Assembly: GCA_964016885.1 (NCBI GenBank)
Contig: OZ024757.1
Location: 36,704,001-36,768,000 of the forward strand
From: Eledone cirrhosa
Lineage: Eukaryota
Direction of reading: 5' to 3'
DNA length: 64,000 bases
Shown: piece by piece, positions 1 to 39,096 of the stretch
Layout: every line of letters begins with the position of its first letter
Numbering within the stretch: position 1 is the first letter of the stretch
Program-made: the position numbers and the translations under genes
Notes under the pieces: generated by a model
What the model was told of the DNA's origin: nothing
Database searches by the model: none
What the model saw: the letters and a program-made list of their open reading frames with translations, nothing else

Positions 1-205
1 GTCCATAATAACATTGATCTATATATATACACACATTATATAATATATATACTAAAGTACCAGTAATGCACTGGGTAATTTGCTGGCCTTGTGCCTAACG
101 TAGAAACAATTATATAATATATATATACTATATATAATAACATTGATCTATATATATATATATACACATACACATCAATTTTATGCACAGCGAGAGACAG
201 AGAGA

Positions 206-396
206 TCCTGAGAAAATCGGGGGTATCCACAGAAAATACGGTACTCAATACATTAGTTGTAGAGTGTAAACGTCAGTATTTAATATAGAAATGGCTTCTA
301 CAAGACTATTTCATCCGTATGAAATCATCAGGGATTCCTGATGATTTCATACAGATGAAACAGTTCTAGTCCTGTAAAAGCCATTTCTATATTAAA
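206..396. mobile_element. family A palindromic hammerhead-bearing element (other copies at 14960-15295, 17784-17945, 52781-52972)
   Basis: shared arms TAATATAGAAATGGCTTC...GAAGCCATTTCTATATTA and tail ACTCTACTAATGTATTGAGTAC..TGTGGTTACCC; flanked by (TA)n or (GA)n. Confidence 0.7.
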
Positions 397-1489
397 TGAT
401 ATATATATATATATCAATCAACCATTGCGTTCAGGGGCCCGGTGGTGGGGTAGAGATGATATAATAGTATATTAACTATCAACATATATTTATAAATATA
501 GTAAAATAAAATATATATATTTATTTATACATAGTATATATTATATCATTTATTTCATTTATTATATATAAATTAATGATTTTATTTATTATATATTATT
601 TACAATTTGCGTACAGGCAGGTCTTTCTAGAAATAGGGTTGGGGAGCGTTGAGGGTATTACGTGGCCGTGTGGTGGGGTGGTGGCCCCAAAAGTTTGAGA
701 ACTTCTGCTCTAGCCTGTTACCATCAACAACGACAGCCATACACCACAAAGTTTGTCAATAAACACGTGTATATACATCCCACACCAACAAATTATCTAA
801 TAATTATATACTGACATTTAACTAAGCCACTAAACTCTTACTAAGATCGCACACATAATAAATCTTCTTTAAAAGCATCTAAGCCAGTCATGATTATGTC
901 AGCTAAAACTGCTTTTGTCTGGCCTTCGTTTCAATGGTGACAACATTTTATTTGTTATAATACAGGAGGAGGGAAAGTTGATTAAATACCTCCTCCCTCT
1001 TGGTACTTGACTGGTATTTTATTTTACCGACCTCGAAAGGATGAAAGCTAAAGCTGAACTCAGCAGAATTTGAACTCAGAACATAAAAAGGGCTGTAACA
1101 CTATGCTGCAAGGCATGTCTGATGCTCTACCGATACTGCCAATCCACTGCCCTAATAATGATTTCTACCATAGGCAGGGCCTCCAAGAGAAATTTTGCAA
1201 GGCAGTACAAAACCCCTTTTGGGCCCAAAAGAGGCAAATATTTTTCTCAAAATGGATGTTGCATAGTTGCTGTGGGGCCTTCTTAGCTCTTGGGCTCCGG
1301 AACAAAGAACTGACTGAACCCTCCTCTCATAGGCCCTGACTATAGGTACAAGGCCAGCAATTTGGTGAGAGGGGAAGTCGATTAAATCGACTCCAGAATT
1401 TGTAGTTAGCTAAAAACTTTTCCATTGTAATTTTATATCCCAAACACCATCTTAATAATGAGAAAGTGAATTTTATTATTAAATCCTTC

Positions 1490-1990
1490 CATATTCTTGG
1501 TCTTCCTCTTCTTCACCCACTTATTCTTGAGAGGTCTGTGAGGGCCGAGCCCTCAAATACTCCTTCCAATGAGTCCTGTCAGAAGCAACCATCTCCAACT
1601 GATCCGGCTGGATCCCCAAGTGAGACCAGCCAAGCTAATGGATATTATCCAACCATCTTGTTCGAGGACTACCCCTAGGTCTCCTGCCAGTTGGTTTTGC
1701 CTGAAAATCTGTTCAGTGATTCTTTCCTGAGACATTCTAACCACATGTCCATAGTGTTGGAGTTGTGATATCTCAATTCAGAGAAGTAGCGGCTCTACCT
1801 GGAGTGACTCTCTGATCTCCGTGGCACACACTTTATTGAGTAACATTACTCCAAAGACCCTTTGTAGGAACCCCATTACAGCTGCTTGTATTCTCAATCG
1901 TATTCCTTCTGTCATTACCCAAGATTCATGACCATAGGTAAGGGTTGGCACAAATACCAAATTGAAGATAGTGATTTTGGCTTTTATACA
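1490..1990 (-). mobile_element. degenerate LINE (RTE-like) reverse transcriptase C-terminal fragment
   Basis: KITIFNLVFVPTLTYGHESWVMT..RLRIQAA.MGFLQRV; second copy at 27020-27335. Confidence 0.7.
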
Positions 1991-2422
1991 TACCTCCCTT
2001 CGGAGGCATTCGATAATATTCTTGGTCTTTTTCAAAATCATTTTACAATCACAGGTAATGTATTTCATTAGAATTATGGTAATCAAAAGCATTTAAACTG
2101 GTTGTATCCAGCCAGAATTCTCTCACCTCTCTCTGTTCAAACTGGCTATAACTGGCCACTTATACTGATGTTAAAGTATGGTTCTCAAAATAAATAATAT
2201 CAAAATTTCATAGATTCGATATTATGTGAGGTAAAGACTTTACTATGAAAATACAATAGTATATTTAGAGTAATGTAAATGGTATGTGAGGTAAAGACTT
2301 TACTGTGAAAATCTAATAGTATATAGAGAGTAATATAAATGTTAAAGGGTTAATGACATTTTCATGAAGTATTTTTCCATGTCTGTTTTGACTGATCTAT
2401 TTGAAATTCTCTCTTCAGAGCC

Positions 2423-29178
<26,756 letters not shown>

Positions 29179-29180
29179 CC

Positions 29181-29800
29181 TGGACACCTCTGCTGTAAAG
29201 TACACCGAACTGCTGTAGGACATCTGTTGAACATCTGTGGCAGGATATCATCTGTAGGACATCTGCTATAAAGTACACCAAACTGCTTTATGACATTTGT
29301 GGCAGGATATCATCTGTAGGACATCTGCTGTGAAGTACACCGAACTGCTGTATGACATCTGTTGAACATCTGTGGCAGGATATCATCTGTAGGACATCTG
29401 CTGTGAAGTACACCGAACTGCTGTATGACATCTGTTGAACATCTGTGGCAGGATATCATCTGTAGGACATCTGCTGTAAGGTATACTGAACTGCCTTAGG
29501 ATATCTGCTGCAACACATCTACTACTGTAGGATATCATCTATATGATATCTGCTACAACAGGACATGTACAGTAACATCTGCCACAACACATCTGTTGCT
29601 ATAAGACATCTGCTACTACAGGACATCTGTAGGACATGTACAGTAACATCTACCACAACACATCTGTTGCTGTAAGACATCTGTAGGGCATGTACAGTAA
29701 CATCTACCACAACACATCTGTTGCTGTAAGACATCTGTAGGGCATGTACAGTAACATCTACCACAACACATCTGTTACTCTAAGACATCTATCACAACAC
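29181..29800 (+). repeat. minisatellites filling the DHX33 3'UTR (73-bp then 54-bp units built on GACATCTG)
   Basis: gtggcaggatatcatc at 29237/29299/29372/29445; gtacagtaacatct at 29638/29692/29746. Confidence 0.85.
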
Positions 29801-29849
29801 AAGGCAGGGAAATGGGTAAAAATGCCATTAATCTTTGTATAAATATGTA

Positions 29850-29855
29850 AATAAA
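29850..29855 (+). terminator. probable DHX33 polyadenylation signal
   Basis: first AATAAA after the stop, followed about 25 nt later by a T/GT-rich tract (ttttgttgtgtttc). Confidence 0.6.
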
Positions 29856-31589
29856 ACATTTTATGTAATATATTTATTTTGTTGTGTTTCTCGTTTATAT
29901 ATATATATGTATGTGTGAAGACGCATGGCTTAGTGGTGAGAGCATTGGGCTTGCAATCGAAAGGTTGAGTTCAATTCTCGGACCGGGTGATGCGTTGTAT
30001 CCTTGAGCAAGACACTTTATTTCATGTTGCTCCAGTTTACTCAGCTGTAGAAACGAGTTGCGACGTCAATGGTGCCAAGCTGTATCGGCCATAGCCTTTC
30101 TCTTGGACAACATCGGTGGCGTGGAGAGGGGAGACTGGTACGCATGGGCGACTGCTAGTCTTCCTCAAACAACCTTGCCCAGACTTGTGCCTCGGTGGGG
30201 AACTTTCTAGGTACAAATTACATGGTCTTTGATATGTATATATTCCATATATCTATATATATGCCGTATATATATATATATATATATGCCGTATAGAGTA
30301 ATAGGATTTCAAATACGAAAGCAAATAATTATAGAAGTTAAATGCACGTAAATTAGAATATGATATAGTTAGCAATGTTTGGCTTATTACTCATTGTATA
30401 TATTTATAGGACGATGATATATATATGTGTATATAAACATGTGTTCTCAATATATAGAAATATGATGATATATATAATATATAGATACATATAACATCAT
30501 CATCATTACTGTTTTACCTATGTTTTTCCATGCTGGCGTGATGCAATGTTTAATAGTCAGATGTTGTCATGTAACCCCAATATGAACCCTTGCAATTCTT
30601 CATAGATAGCTGTAACCAAGCCCACCTACTCCCCAACAAAATTTAATGTTCTGTGTAATAGAGCCAACTTTTCTTGATTTTTTTAATATATATATATGTG
30701 TGTATATGTGCATGTGTGTGTGTGTGTATATACATATATATATATATATAATTTTTCTCTAAATTCCAAGTCTTGTTAACTGGTCTTCTTCAGTTAGTTT
30801 TTAGTTGATCATATTACTTCACCCACGCCACCGCAGTCTGTTTCTCTATGACACCCCATCTACACCACCATACTACAGTCTGTTTCTCTCATACCCCACC
30901 CATACCGTCATACCATTCTTTAACACACACACAGTCTGAGTTTGATTCTGCTCTCTCCTTTCTCTTCCAAGAGTCACACACACACACTTACATAGACACA
31001 GTCACCTATATACATAGATACACACTTAGACATACATTTATACAGACACACACATTCACATACTCATTCTCATACACAAACACGCACACAATATTCACAC
31101 ACATACTGCCTCTCTCTCTCTCTCTCTTTCTCTCTCTGCCCTATATTTTGCTAATAGACAGTGACAACTTTTTTTCAAATATTACACAATATGGACATAT
31201 ATGTATGGCTGTCGAGTGAAGAATTGTCAGGAGATCCCAGTGGAAGGTAGCTGCAGTAGAGGAAGACCGAGGATGATGTGTATGGGTGTTGGGTGAAGAA
31301 GTGGCAGGAGATCCCAGTAGAAAGTAACTGCCGTAGAGGAAGACCGAGGACAAGAGTGACAACATCAACAACAAGACTAGTTGCTATCTATTACAGTAAA
31401 GAGATATATTTATGAGAAAGAAGAAGCTATTTCATCAGCTGTTATTGTTGTTCTATAAGTGTTGTTTACCTGTTTTACCTGTTGATAGAATTCACTTCTG
31501 ACAATCAGAAACATTCCAACACCTTCACAATGGCTCCCTTTCATGTTTATTTTTATTGTAATCTTTTCTAACTTAAACAATATAACTAC

Positions 31590-32325
31590 TACAGCTGTCT
31601 AACTTTAACTCTAAAACTACCACAGCTGTCTAACATAGACAGTAGAACTACCACAGCTGCCTGTTAGACAGTGTCTAACTTAGACACTAAAACTACCATA
31701 GCTGTCTAACATAGCCTCTAAAACTACCACAGCTGTCTAGCATAGATTTAAAACTAACACTGTCTAACATAGCCACTAAAACGACCAGACTGTCTCTGTT
31801 AGAGATTGTCTAACAGACTCTAAAACTAAGACCATGCCTAACATAGCCACTAAAACTATCACAGCTGTCTAACAGATTTAAAACTAACACTGTCTAACAT
31901 AGCCATTAAAACTACCACAGCTGTCTCTGTTAGACTCTAAAACTTAGACAGTGTCTAAGTACCACTGCTGACACTAAAACTATCACTGCTGTCTAACACA
32001 GACTCTAAAACTACCACAGCTATCTCTGTTAGACTCTAAAACTTAGACAGTGTCTAACTACCACTGCTGACACTAAAACTATCACTGCTGTCTAACTTAA
32101 AGACTGTCTAACACAGACTCTAAAACTACCACAGCTGTCTCTGTTAGACTCTAAAACTTAGACAGTGTCTAACTACCACTGCTGACACTAAAACTATCAC
32201 TGCTGTCTAACTTAAAGACTGTCTAACACAGACTCTAAAACTACCACAGCTGTCTCTGTTAGACTCTAAAGCTATGACAATGTCTAACACAACCACTAAA
32301 ACTACCACAGCTGTCTCTGTTAGAC
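31590..32325. repeat. complex minisatellite (cagctgtct..gactctaaaactacca)
   Basis: recurring modules over about 730 bp. Confidence 0.85.
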
Positions 32326-32889
32326 ATGTCAGAGTTCATGACCCTTTGCAGGGCCTCCATGATTGAAGGAAGTGAATGAGTAAGGGAGGAAAGAGGAGAG
32401 AAAAGTATTAGAAAATTTTCTTCTTTGGATTTTGTTAAATTGTAAACTAGCAGGATGCTGGTTACCATAGCCAGATCAAGAGGAAACGGTATGGAATGGG
32501 GGTTACCATATAGCTAGATGAAGAGGAAACGGTATGGAATGGGGGTTACCATATAGCCAGGTGAGAAAGAAACACTATGATGTATGATATATCAAAGCAG
32601 AGAAGGAAGAGGAAGAACTGTTTGATAGAATATTAAGATATTTTGGTATAATCTCTGGCGGATGTAACAATTTGGTAAAGTAGGGATATGAAGCAAATTT
32701 CTTCACCGCAGGGTTGTGTGGGATTTAAGAGACACACATATATATATAGGTATATATATATATATATAGGTATATATATTTATATATATGTTATGTACGT
32801 ACATATATATCATCATCATTGGTTTTATGTCCATATATATATATACATACATACATATATATATATACATAGCTACATAAATATATAAT

Positions 32890-33245
32890 GGAGGCACATG
32901 GCTTAGTGGTTAGAGCATTGGCCTTGCAATCGAAAGGTTGTGAGTTCAATTCTCAGACCGGGTGATGTGTTGTTTCCTTGAGCAAGGCACTTTATTTCAC
33001 ATTGCTCCAGTTTACTCAGCTGTAGAAATGAGATGATAGGGACCCCAGACTGGGGTCCCTATCATTCCACTGCAAAGTGGTCGTGGAGGTGCCACGGCAA
33101 AAAAGCACCCAGCACTCACTGTAAATGAGGTTGGTGTTAGGAAGGGCATCCAGCTGTAGAAATCAAGCCAGAATCAGTTCCCGTCCCACCCTTGCAAGCA
33201 GGGAAAAGTGGACATAAAATGATGATGATGATGATGGTGATGATG
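32890..33245 (+). mobile_element. tRNA-derived composite SINE (representative; copies or heads near 3722, 6275, 10365, 14745, 29915, 34110, 52545 and 53735-54050 on -)
   Basis: A box TGGCTTAGTGG, B box GTTCAATTC, core TCCTTGAGCAAGGCACTTTATTTCAC, RTE-like 3' tail ending in (ATG)n. Confidence 0.8.
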
Positions 33246-33798
33246 ATATATGTGTGTGTAAATATATATTTATATATATATATATATTACATATATATGT
33301 GTCGAGGTCTGGTTGTAGAACTAGTGTATGTACACATTATATGAGTCAGTATTAGAAGATGCTAGTCCAAGCTGGATCTACACAATGGGAATGGAACCTA
33401 GAAGCATACCGTTGTGCAGCAAATTTTGTATCCACATGGCTAAGACAAACATTTTTGTCCTAGGTCTGTGGTGAAGAGTTAAGACAAACATCTTTGTCTT
33501 AGTTCTGTGGTGAAGAGTTAAGACCAAAATATGTGATAAGCAGAAGACAGTTGTAAGATTTATCTTCCTGGATTTCGAGTATTTTTGCAATTGTTTGAGT
33601 ATGTTATATATATATATATGTGTTACATGTTTGTGAGTGTATGTTTGTGTACATATGTATATGCGCATATGTATAAGATGATTATGATTATTTTTTATGT
33701 ATGTGTGTGTATATATATATATATATATAATGAGTATTTCTGTGTTTGTGTATAAATGAGTATACATTTGAGACTATTTGCAATTGCTTGTGAGTAGT

Positions 33799-33829
<31 letters not shown>

Positions 33830-34058
33830 CTGTGTGTGTGTGTATTTTCCAAGTAATCTCAGACACCCTCCCGAGAAAGTTTGGAAAAATTCCAGTTCCA
33901 AAACGGCCAAAATAAGAGTTGGTTTTATGACTCAATGACTTACTAATTTCATTAGATAGGAGTTTTAGGATTTTCACATGGAATGCTTACATACATATAT
34001 ATATACATAGCTACATAAATATATCCATGCATACATCATCATCATCATTTTATGATGT

Positions 34059-34112
<54 letters not shown>

Positions 34113-35229
34113 GGCTTAGTGGTTAGAGCATTGGCCTTGCAATCGAAAGGTTGGGAGTTCAATTCTCAGACCGGGTGATGTGTTGTTTCCTTGAGCAAGA
34201 GACTTTATTTCACATTGCTCCAGTTAACTCATCTGTAGAAATGAGATGATAGGGACTGGGGTCCATGTCATTCCACTGCAAAGTGGACATGTAGGCGCCA
34301 CGGAAAAAAAGCACCCAGCACTCACTGGAAGGGCATCCAGCTGTAGAAATCAAGCCAGAATCAGTTCCCGTCCCACCCTTGCAAGCAGGGAAAAAGCGGA
34401 CGTAAAATGAAATGATGAAATGATGATGATGTATATATAAATATATATGCAAACATACACACATACATACACACCACCCTACATACATATATATATATAT
34501 ACATGCATACATACATATGTATGCATCCATACATACACATATATATATATATACATATATAAATACATACATATATATATATATGCATTCATACATACAT
34601 AAGTACATACATACCACCGTACATACATAATACATACATACATAATACATACATACCACCATACATACGTACATATATATATACATACATATATATGTTG
34701 TTTTTTTTTCTTTATCTTTTTCGTTGGATTTTTATGAGCGAGTATTTTAAGAATGGTTTTACCAAGATATTGGCAACAGAGGAAGTAATATGTTCATATG
34801 GGCTACATCTTTTAACTTTCTCCAGATAAGAGTACAAGGTTTACGTTGATATTGTTGTTGTTGTCGTTGTTGAGTCTTGAAGCAGTTTATTTTTGGAGTA
34901 TTTAGCAAAGGAGCTATTAAAAACATTGGCAATTTCATCTTAAAACTAAATAAAATAATCATATATATGGAAAAAAATGAAATTTCATTTCTCACTCTGA
35001 GTACGGCTGATACTTAAATATAAGTATATATACGTACATACATACATGTATACAGACGTACAGTAGTATGTATATATATACATACATGCACACATATATA
35101 TATATATGTATGTATGGGTTTACCGAACATTTATTATAATGTTCGGTTTGTTTGTAAACAAACAGCCCGAATTATGCCGTACAGTGTTCGGCAACCATCG
35201 TTGCTCTTTTGTTCAACACTGACAAAGGA

Positions 35230-35272
35230 ACGATGAACTAGTTTCTAGCTTATTAGCTGTCATCAGCACCGT
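35230..35272 (-). ncRNA. minimal type I hammerhead ribozyme
   Basis: ACGGUG-CUGAUGA-C-AGCU-AAUA-AGCU-A-GAAAC-UA-GUU^-CAUCGU; 6-bp stem I, 4-bp stem II, palindromic stem III ACUAGU. Confidence 0.8.
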
Positions 35273-35522
35273 ATACCTTCCTGACAGTCGATTGAACGTT
35301 TGAAAGTATATACTTTCCTTATGCATATTAACGGCTGAGCAGCCTAATTTGCATATCGAGTGAGTTAGTTGGCCGGGCGTACCGAAAACGATAAATGGAA
35401 AAAATGAAATTTATATATACACATATACACACACGAGGAGGTGCTGAAAAGATTTGGGCTTTGAGTAAAAGAAAATATAGAAGGATTAGTTAATTATGAT
35501 TTTATTCAACATTGCTCTAAAC

Positions 35523-36915
35523 CAGGGGCGTGCAATAGGCGGCTCTCGGGTCACAATCCGGCCCGCCAGACCTGTCAGAGTGACCCGCGGGCTACAATCC
35601 GGCCCACCCGACCAGTCAGTGACCCATGGGCCACAATCCGGCTCGCCAGACCAGTCAGAGTGACCCGCAGTGACCGTTGTTAATTTTTACCTTGTAGGCT
35701 TATTTAGAATTGTTTTCGTAACCGTAATACAATTTTCTGTTAGTTGACCTATACTAAAGGGCTTCACTGATAGGGTTATGTGTGTTATAATTTCCCAGTT
35801 ATATATATATATACTCAGGCGACTGGGTCGATGCCCTACCCGTGGCCAACGTTGGTGGCCTACTCAGCCTGGACGAACTTCGTGTCTCCATCGCCCTCAG
35901 AGTGGGAGCTGGCGTCTGCATGGGTTTGAGGTGCCGATGCGGCAAACTCCTCGACTTTACAGGCCTCCACGGTCTTTGTTACCGCCTGAATGCTGGCCGC
36001 TTCGCGCGTCACACGGAGCTAAACCTCATTCTGAAGAGAGCTTTGGCCCGGGCGAATATCCCCTCAGTCTTGGAACCATCTGGGTTGTCCAGAAGTGACG
36101 GCAAAAGATCTGACGGTCTTACCCTGTGCCCCTGGTCGAGAGGCAGGTGCCTTGTCTGGGATGTCACTGTTAGTGAGTCCTTTGCTCTTTCCCACATCCT
36201 GAATGCTGCGGTTAGGACGAGAGCCACAGCTTCTGCAGCCGAGCGGAGTAAGGCCCTCAAATACTCTGATCTGTCGGGCAGCTACATTCTTCAGCTTGTG
36301 ACTTTCGAGACGTTTGGGGGAGTCGGGCCGCTGACTACGAGGTTCCTTTCCTCACTGGCGGCTCGCCTAATAGAGGTGACTAGCGAATCTCACGAGGGCG
36401 CTTGGCTGTTTTAGCGCATCAGCCTCGCCATCACCCGAGGTAACACCGCGAGTGTGCTGGCTTGCCTAAAAACTCATTAGAGAGGTTGCCCAGTACTCGC
36501 GATGTTGCTGTCTTTTGCTCTGGTGTTGGCTCCGTTGCTCACCCCTTCTTTTACATTTTCTTTAATATTGTAGCATTGAAGGAATATATCTTTCATTATA
36601 TCATCCTTTGTAGTGTTACCGAAGCATTTGTAATGTTATTTATGTATTTATTTAAAACATATTTGTTATGTTATTCTACTGTAAATTTATTTATATGCTC
36701 TGTTTATATTTTCGTTCTGAAGGAATTGCAAACGATTTGTAATGTTGTTTGTGCAACTATGAAGTATATATTTATGAAATAAAAATAATTATGTGTAATG
36801 GAAGAAAGAAAGAAGTGGTGAATCTTTGGAATAGTGCTTAATAAATATTAATGCCCCTAATAGTTGTTCCAATGTTCAAAAGTGACCCGCCAATGGAATA
36901 TGTTGCACACCCCTG
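35523..36915. mobile_element. non-autonomous hAT (Charlie-like) DNA transposon
   Basis: TIRs CAGGGGCGTGCAA / TTGCACACCCCTG, 8-bp TSD ctctaaac / atctaaac, subterminal repeats (cacaatccggcccgccagacc..gtgacccgc)x3. Confidence 0.8.
35812..36480 (+). pseudogene. 3' fragment of a non-LTR retrotransposon with restriction-like endonuclease (CRE-like), nested in the hAT element
   Basis: CxCG..LD..GLH.LC zinc motif, RH..LN, LEP.GL.RSDGKRSDG, WDVTV, AE..K..KY, ETFG, then *RISLAITRGN after a premature TAG at 36412. Confidence 0.75.
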
Positions 36916-37353
36916 ATCTAAACTAACTATGAATGTTGCTTTGTTATGAAAATAACATTTGTATAACTAATTGAACAATAATGATAATGGATAAATAAGG
37001 AGGACGGGCAATTCGCCACCCACCAAGTGTGACAGTTGGCCACACCTCACATCTTAGGGGTTAACTAAACCCTTTGAAGCAAGCCATCACACTCGCACGG
37101 CACCAAACCCTTCTCTAAAGATTCGTCACCAAACGACATCACATCTCTTTCGTTAGGTTAGGCCATATTAGCTTAATCAGACATTTTCTCTGTGTTATTT
37201 ACTGAAATAACCTGTAAATGAAACTAGCTGAATATATACAGGACCTACCTGTATCATTTCCTGATACCCACGGAGGAAAAAAAGGGGTCAGTTCTTGTCG
37301 TACGTTTGTCCATTGAGAAAAACCTTAAACTTTTGACTTAGGACAAGCTTAGA

Positions 37354-37369
37354 TTACGTCACTTCCGGT
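37354..37369 (-). promoter_or_regulatory. overlapping ETS + CRE-like composite motif (ACCGGAAGTGACGTAA)
   Basis: sequence match to the ETS-CRE promoter composite; no assigned gene. Confidence 0.35.
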
Positions 37370-37685
37370 CTAATGACACATCAAATAATTAAAGTAATTA
37401 TTGTGTATATATATATATGTATCTCTCTCTCTATATATATATATATATTCATATATATGTATTCATATACATATATATATATATATATGTATTCAATACT
37501 AAATTCAATACTAAAAAGCGTTAAGAGAATTGATTGAAAGCAGACGACACATCTAACACACATACACATACACATACATATACACGCACATATATATTCA
37601 CACATACACGCACATATATACATATATGGCACACATATACACGTATACACATATCACACACACATCCTTAAACATATACTCACAC

Positions 37686-37725
<40 letters not shown>

Positions 37726-38174
37726 ATGTGTGTGTGTGTGTGTGTATATATACAGGTAACTTCTGATAGAGAAACCGCCATAACATGAGGTGTTTTGGAC
37801 ATTTTAAACTTGCAGATCCCCATCCACTATCCAGGTCTTAATGCAGCCGATTTCTTCAAGAAAAGGGGTATGAGTAAGAGATAGATAGATCGATAGATAG
37901 ATAGAGCATAGAGATAAATAGATAGATAGATATGTTTCTTTATTTAGATAGATAGATAGAGAGAGAGAGAGAATTGATCCTCAGTATTTGACTGGTACTT
38001 TTCTTTATCGACTTCGAAAAAAGGATGGAAGGCAAGTTGACCTCGACAGAGTTTAAACTCAGAGAGCAGAGAAGGGAGAGAGAGAGAAAGCCAGAACAAA
38101 TAGCATAAATCATTTTATCAGACGTTCTTCTAAAGACTTTGTCCGCCCTGTAATCCAAATACACTAGGCTTATG

Positions 38175-38284
38175 GGCATACGTCAAAACGGCCGGTCGCA
38201 AAAGTGAAACTAATTTTTGACAGTTACGTACGTCATTATTTTCAATTTTGATTGTGAAATTGATTGTTTTTTTACAATATATAT

Positions 38285-38355
<71 letters not shown>

Positions 38356-38392
38356 GAAAGTATAGAAATAATTGTGAGCGTGAAGCCAACAG

Positions 38393-38465
<73 letters not shown>

Positions 38466-38689
38466 TGTATATACATACATATATATTGTGTGTGTGTATA
38501 TACATATATATGTGTGTATGTATATATATACGCATATGTATACATATATGTATGTATGTATGCATATATATATATATATATATATAGGCATAAAAAACAA
38601 ACAATTTCACAATCCAAAATTAAAATAATGACGTACGTAACTGTCAAAAATTAGTTTCACTTTTGCGACCGGCCGTTTTGACGTATGCC
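38175..38689. mobile_element. Mutator/MULE-like (foldback) MITE
   Basis: about 100-bp TIRs starting GGCATACGTCAAAACGGCCGG; exact 9-bp TSD AGGCTTATG (38166-38174, 38690-38698). Confidence 0.85.
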
Positions 38690-38976
38690 AGGCTTATGTC
38701 TAAATAAAATAATGGCTACATTCTACAGACTTATTGTACCGAGAACAGAACCTCCCATTCTAACCTTGAACCTGGCAGACATTTAAAACGATAATAAAAT
38801 AATAAATAACACCACTAACATAAAATTACGTAAATAATATTGTTGTTTATTATACATTATATACAGGGTGTTAACTTTGCCTTTCATCCTTACGGGGTCG
38901 ATAAAATAAAGTACCAGTAATGTACTGGGTAATTGATGGCCTTGTGCCTAAAGTAGAAACAATTATACATTATATA

Positions 38977-39067
38977 CAGGGTGTACCCCAAAAATGTGTA
39001 CACACTTTGATTACCTGTACAGGCAATATTTATTAGAAGTGTGTATACATTTTGGGGGGACACCCTG
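38977..39067. mobile_element. Tc1/mariner-type MITE
   Basis: TA|CAGGGTGTACCCCAAAAATGTGTACACACTT ... AAGTGTGTATACATTTTGGGGGACACCCTG. Confidence 0.7.
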
Positions 39068-39096
39068 TGTGTGTGTGTATATATATATATATATAG

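Noticed and set aside
31400-31550. Possible exon of a third gene on the minus strand
   Set aside because: Short frame with no homology that I can recognise and no partner exons.
32890-32962. tRNA-like sequences with A and B boxes
   Set aside because: No complete cloverleaf or acceptor stem; each continues into a SINE body and recurs in diverged copies.
37152-37164. CCUAACCUAAC on - as a telomerase RNA template
   Set aside because: It matches TTAGG rather than the TTAGGG expected for molluscs, and I see no downstream pseudoknot or H/ACA domain.
37745-37875. Possible mariner transposase remnant (..HYPGLNAADFF, resembling SPDLNPxDF)
   Set aside because: Too short and degenerate to support a call.
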